Source: Patescibacteria group bacterium (GTDB lineage: Bacteria; Patescibacteriota; JABMPQ01; JAQVVF01). From it: DNA of 64,000 nt. The position numbers and the translations under genes were made by a program. The notes below the pieces were generated by a model. The model worked only from the letters and a program-made list of their open reading frames with translations, did no database searches and was not told where the DNA came from. Each line of letters begins with the position of its first letter. Position 1 is the stretch's first letter. Positions 61,578 through 64,000 of this stretch are shown one piece after another. The DNA is taken from assembly GCA_041662665.1 (NCBI GenBank), contig JBAZSC010000003.1, forward strand, positions 76,333 to 140,332, in the 5' to 3' direction.

Positions 61578-63101
61578 ATGTCTATTAGGAAAAAAGTCTG
61601 GTTATCATTTTTGGGTATTATAGTTTTATCAGTTTTAGCTGGTATTGTTGATTGGCCAAAGGGTCCGAATATTGATTTTACGATTGGCGGTAAAAAAATC
61701 TTTAGAGAATTAAAGGTTCATTTAGGTTTGGATTTGCAAGGAGGAACTCAATTGGTTTATCAAGCTGATTTGAAGAACGTTGAAAATAGTGAATATGAAA
61801 ATGCGATGTCAGGTGTTCGAGATGTTATTGAAAGAAGAGTCAATGGCTTAGGTGTTTCTGAGCCAGTTGTTCAAACTAATAAAGTTGATAATAATTGGAG
61901 GGTTATTGTTGAATTGCCTGGCGTAACAGATATTAATGAAGCAGTTAAAACAATTGGTGAAACTCCATCATTAGATTTTAGAGAATTGCCGCCAAGCACA
62001 CAGCCTGTAAAGGAACCAGCAAGTGGTGGAGCTGATAGTCTCATTAGCAAAAAAACTAAAGAATTAAAAAACAAAGCAACTACTAGTCAAGAAGTTATTG
62101 ATACGAATAGTTTAAAAATTGTTGGTGAGGGAAATGATGCAAAAGTAGTTGATGAAAGTGGTAAGGAAATTGACATTAATGCTTTAACAGAGCAATTAAA
62201 GCAACAAGAATCTGGTTTGGATTCTGGCAGTTGGGTAATGACAAAATTGACTGGAAGTCATTTGAAAAAAGCACAATTGCAATTTGATCCACAAACAAAT
62301 CAGCCAGTTGTGGCAATAGAATTTGATAATGAAGGCAAGAAATTATTTGCTGATATAACAGAAAAAAATGTTGGCAAGCGTTTAGCAATATTTTTAGATG
62401 GTCAAATGATTTCTGATCCAGTTGTTAATGAAAGAATAGGCGAAGGACAAGCTGTTATTTCTGGTAAATTTACTATTGATGAAGCAAAACAATTAGCAAT
62501 CAGATTAAATGCTGGAGCATTGCCTGTTCCTGTATCTTTGATTTCTCAAACTAACATTGGTCCTTCAATAGGAAAAATTGCAATTGAAAAAAGTTTTATC
62601 GCTGGATTATTTGGACTCTTACTTGTTGCATTATTCATGATAGTGATGTATCGCTTGCCTGGATTAGTTGCGATTATTGCATTATTTATTTATGCATTAT
62701 TATCTTTAGCGATATTTAAGCTTATTCCAGTAACAATGACTTTGGCAGGTGTCGCTGGTTTTATTATATCTATTGGTATGGCTCTTGATGCAAATATTTT
62801 GATTTTTGAAAGAATGAAAGAAGAGCTATATTCTGGCAAAAGCTTGGGAGTGGCGGTTGATGATGGATTTAAACACGCTTGGTTGTCGATTAGAGATTCT
62901 CAGGTTTCAACATTGATTACTTGTTTTATATTAGCTTGGTTTGGTACATCAATGATCAAAGGCTTTGCAATAACTTTAGGTATTGGAACTATATTAAGTT
63001 TATTTTCAGCCTTGACTGTAACAAGAACATTATTGAAATTAATTTTAATGATTAATGGTTTGAAAGATAAATTATGGTTATTTAATATAAGAAAATCTTA
63101 A
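61578..63101 (+). CDS. secD: Protein-export membrane protein SecD
   Basis: N-terminal TM, large periplasmic domain, C-terminal 6-TM bundle. Confidence 0.85.
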   Translation: MSIRKKVWLSFLGIIVLSVLAGIVDWPKGPNIDFTIGGKKIFRELKVHLGLDLQGGTQLVYQADLKNVENSEYENAMSGVRDVIERRVNGLGVSEPVVQTNKVDNNWRVIVELPGVTDINEAVKTIGETPSLDFRELPPSTQPVKEPASGGADSLISKKTKELKNKATTSQEVIDTNSLKIVGEGNDAKVVDESGKEIDINALTEQLKQQESGLDSGSWVMTKLTGSHLKKAQLQFDPQTNQPVVAIEFDNEGKKLFADITEKNVGKRLAIFLDGQMISDPVVNERIGEGQAVISGKFTIDEAKQLAIRLNAGALPVPVSLISQTNIGPSIGKIAIEKSFIAGLFGLLLVALFMIVMYRLPGLVAIIALFIYALLSLAIFKLIPVTMTLAGVAGFIISIGMALDANILIFERMKEELYSGKSLGVAVDDGFKHAWLSIRDSQVSTLITCFILAWFGTSMIKGFAITLGIGTILSLFSALTVTRTLLKLILMINGLKDKLWLFNIRKS

Positions 63102-63147
63102 ATTAATTTAAAAACAGCAGGATAATTAAACTAATAAACTAAATATA

Positions 63148-64000
63148 ATGATAAGAATTATAAAATACAGAAGAATATTTTTGACGATTTCAGCACTTTT
63201 AGTTTTGACATCAATTTTAAGTTTGATTTTTATTGGTTTTAAGCCAGGTATTGATTTTACTGGCGGTACATTGATGGAAATTGAATTTAAAAAAAGCAGA
63301 CCAGATATTGTTTTGATAAGAGAAAAATTAGATTCTTTAGATTTGGGTATTGCATCAGTTCAACCAGCTGCTGAAAAAGGAATAATAATAAGAGCAAAAG
63401 ATTTAAATAATGAACAGAGAAATAAGATTCTGAAAACTTTAGAGAAAGATTTTAAGGATACTGGCAAAGTTACAGAATTGCGTTTTGAATCAATCGGTCC
63501 AAGTGTTGGAAAAGATTTAAAAAATAAAGCAATCATTGCTGTTGTCCTCGCATCAATCTGCATGATTTTATATATTGCTTATGTTTTTAGAAAAATGTCG
63601 TCAACAGTTTCTTCTTGGAAAATGGCTGCTTGCGCAATTTTGGCTTTAGTTCATGATATTTTGATTGTCTGTGGTATTTTCGTACTTTTGGGATATTTTA
63701 TGGGCGTTGAAATTGATGTTCTATTTGTTTCTGCATTATTGGTTGTGTTAGGTTATTCAGTAAATGATACAATTGTGGTTTTTGATAGAATTAGAGATAA
63801 TGTTTTAAAAGATCCATCAATAGATTTGGAAGTTAATGCCGAATTAAGTATTAATCAAACCTTAGTTAGATCTTTGGCAACAGGTATGACGACCTTATTA
63901 GTTTTGTTGTCATTGTATCTATTTGGCGGTCAAACAATTCAATGGTTCATTTTTGCATTAATTATTGGTATTATAATTGGTTCTTATTCTTCAATTTTTG
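63148..64000 (+). CDS. secF: Protein-export membrane protein SecF (3' end beyond window)
   Basis: 'FKPGIDFTGGTLMEI', C-terminal TM bundle 'LVHDILIVCGIF'; ORF runs off the window. Confidence 0.8.
   Translation, partial: MIRIIKYRRIFLTISALLVLTSILSLIFIGFKPGIDFTGGTLMEIEFKKSRPDIVLIREKLDSLDLGIASVQPAAEKGIIIRAKDLNNEQRNKILKTLEKDFKDTGKVTELRFESIGPSVGKDLKNKAIIAVVLASICMILYIAYVFRKMSSTVSSWKMAACAILALVHDILIVCGIFVLLGYFMGVEIDVLFVSALLVVLGYSVNDTIVVFDRIRDNVLKDPSIDLEVNAELSINQTLVRSLATGMTTLLVLLSLYLFGGQTIQWFIFALIIGIIIGSYSSIF

Noticed and set aside
1-64000. CRISPR arrays, rRNA genes, transposases or integrases
   Set aside because: No 25-40-bp direct repeats with unique spacers, no rRNA-like conserved blocks and no transposase or recombinase-like ORFs were seen. 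The only mobile-element-like features are the small MITE-like and hairpin repeats reported above.
1-64000. Alternative genetic code (UGA or UAA reassignment, as in some CPR lineages)
   Set aside because: ORFs of up to 984 codons are intact under the standard code, and TGA and TAA both terminate well-supported genes. The single in-frame TAA at 11620 is better explained as a mutation or gene boundary.

Overview
This 64-kb window is a low-GC, almost entirely plus-strand bacterial fragment. The gene content looks like an uncultivated, small-genome lineage (CPR/Patescibacteria-like); that taxonomic guess is inference only. Long intact ORFs indicate the standard genetic code.

**Core backbone.**
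- A PrsA-like PPIase.
- A rearranged and interrupted cell-wall (dcw/peptidoglycan) cluster: dacA-like, mraY, ddl, ftsQ, pgeF, murD, ftsW, murG, murC, murB. The usual ftsA/ftsZ pair is absent from this stretch.
- Gld-like ABC transporter genes, a lexA-orf81-dinB SOS cassette, hpf, and secA/secD/secF.
- Three tRNAs: Thr-CGU, Gly-CCC and Trp-CCA.

**Accessory content layered on the backbone.**
1. A roughly 8-kb island (9.8-18 kb) with visibly higher G+C and strong AGGAGG-type ribosome-binding sites. It carries trpS, a SAM methyltransferase, Cys-rich orphan proteins, a rifampin-phosphotransferase-like (RPH-like) PEP-utilising enzyme behind a ~380-nt structured leader, an LMW phosphatase and a PLP decarboxylase, and it ends at tRNA-Trp.
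2. Further solitary high-GC, strong-RBS orphan cassettes, each with its own promoter and terminator. Two are wedged inside the dcw cluster.
3. A family of three modular giant secreted proteins: beta-propeller repeats, a chitobiase-C-like domain, then a lysine-rich C-terminal domain. One is preceded by a (TTC)14 tract and contains 141-bp near-identical tandem repeats.
4. Three FG-GAP-fused exported enzymes: a metallophosphoesterase, a CE4 polysaccharide deacetylase and an L,D-transpeptidase.
5. An eRF1/Pelota-like (baeRF1) protein and a presenilin-like intramembrane protease.
6. Several nucleotide-level repeat systems:
   - a MITE-like two-hairpin element (TCTACC-hairpin-GGT);
   - a covarying CCGCC-hairpin element, one copy of which lies in-frame inside murD;
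   - an identical 25-nt insert in murC and secA, read in different frames;
   - short-period (7-9 bp) tandem arrays filling 3' intergenic regions.

No CRISPR array, rRNA or transposase was seen.
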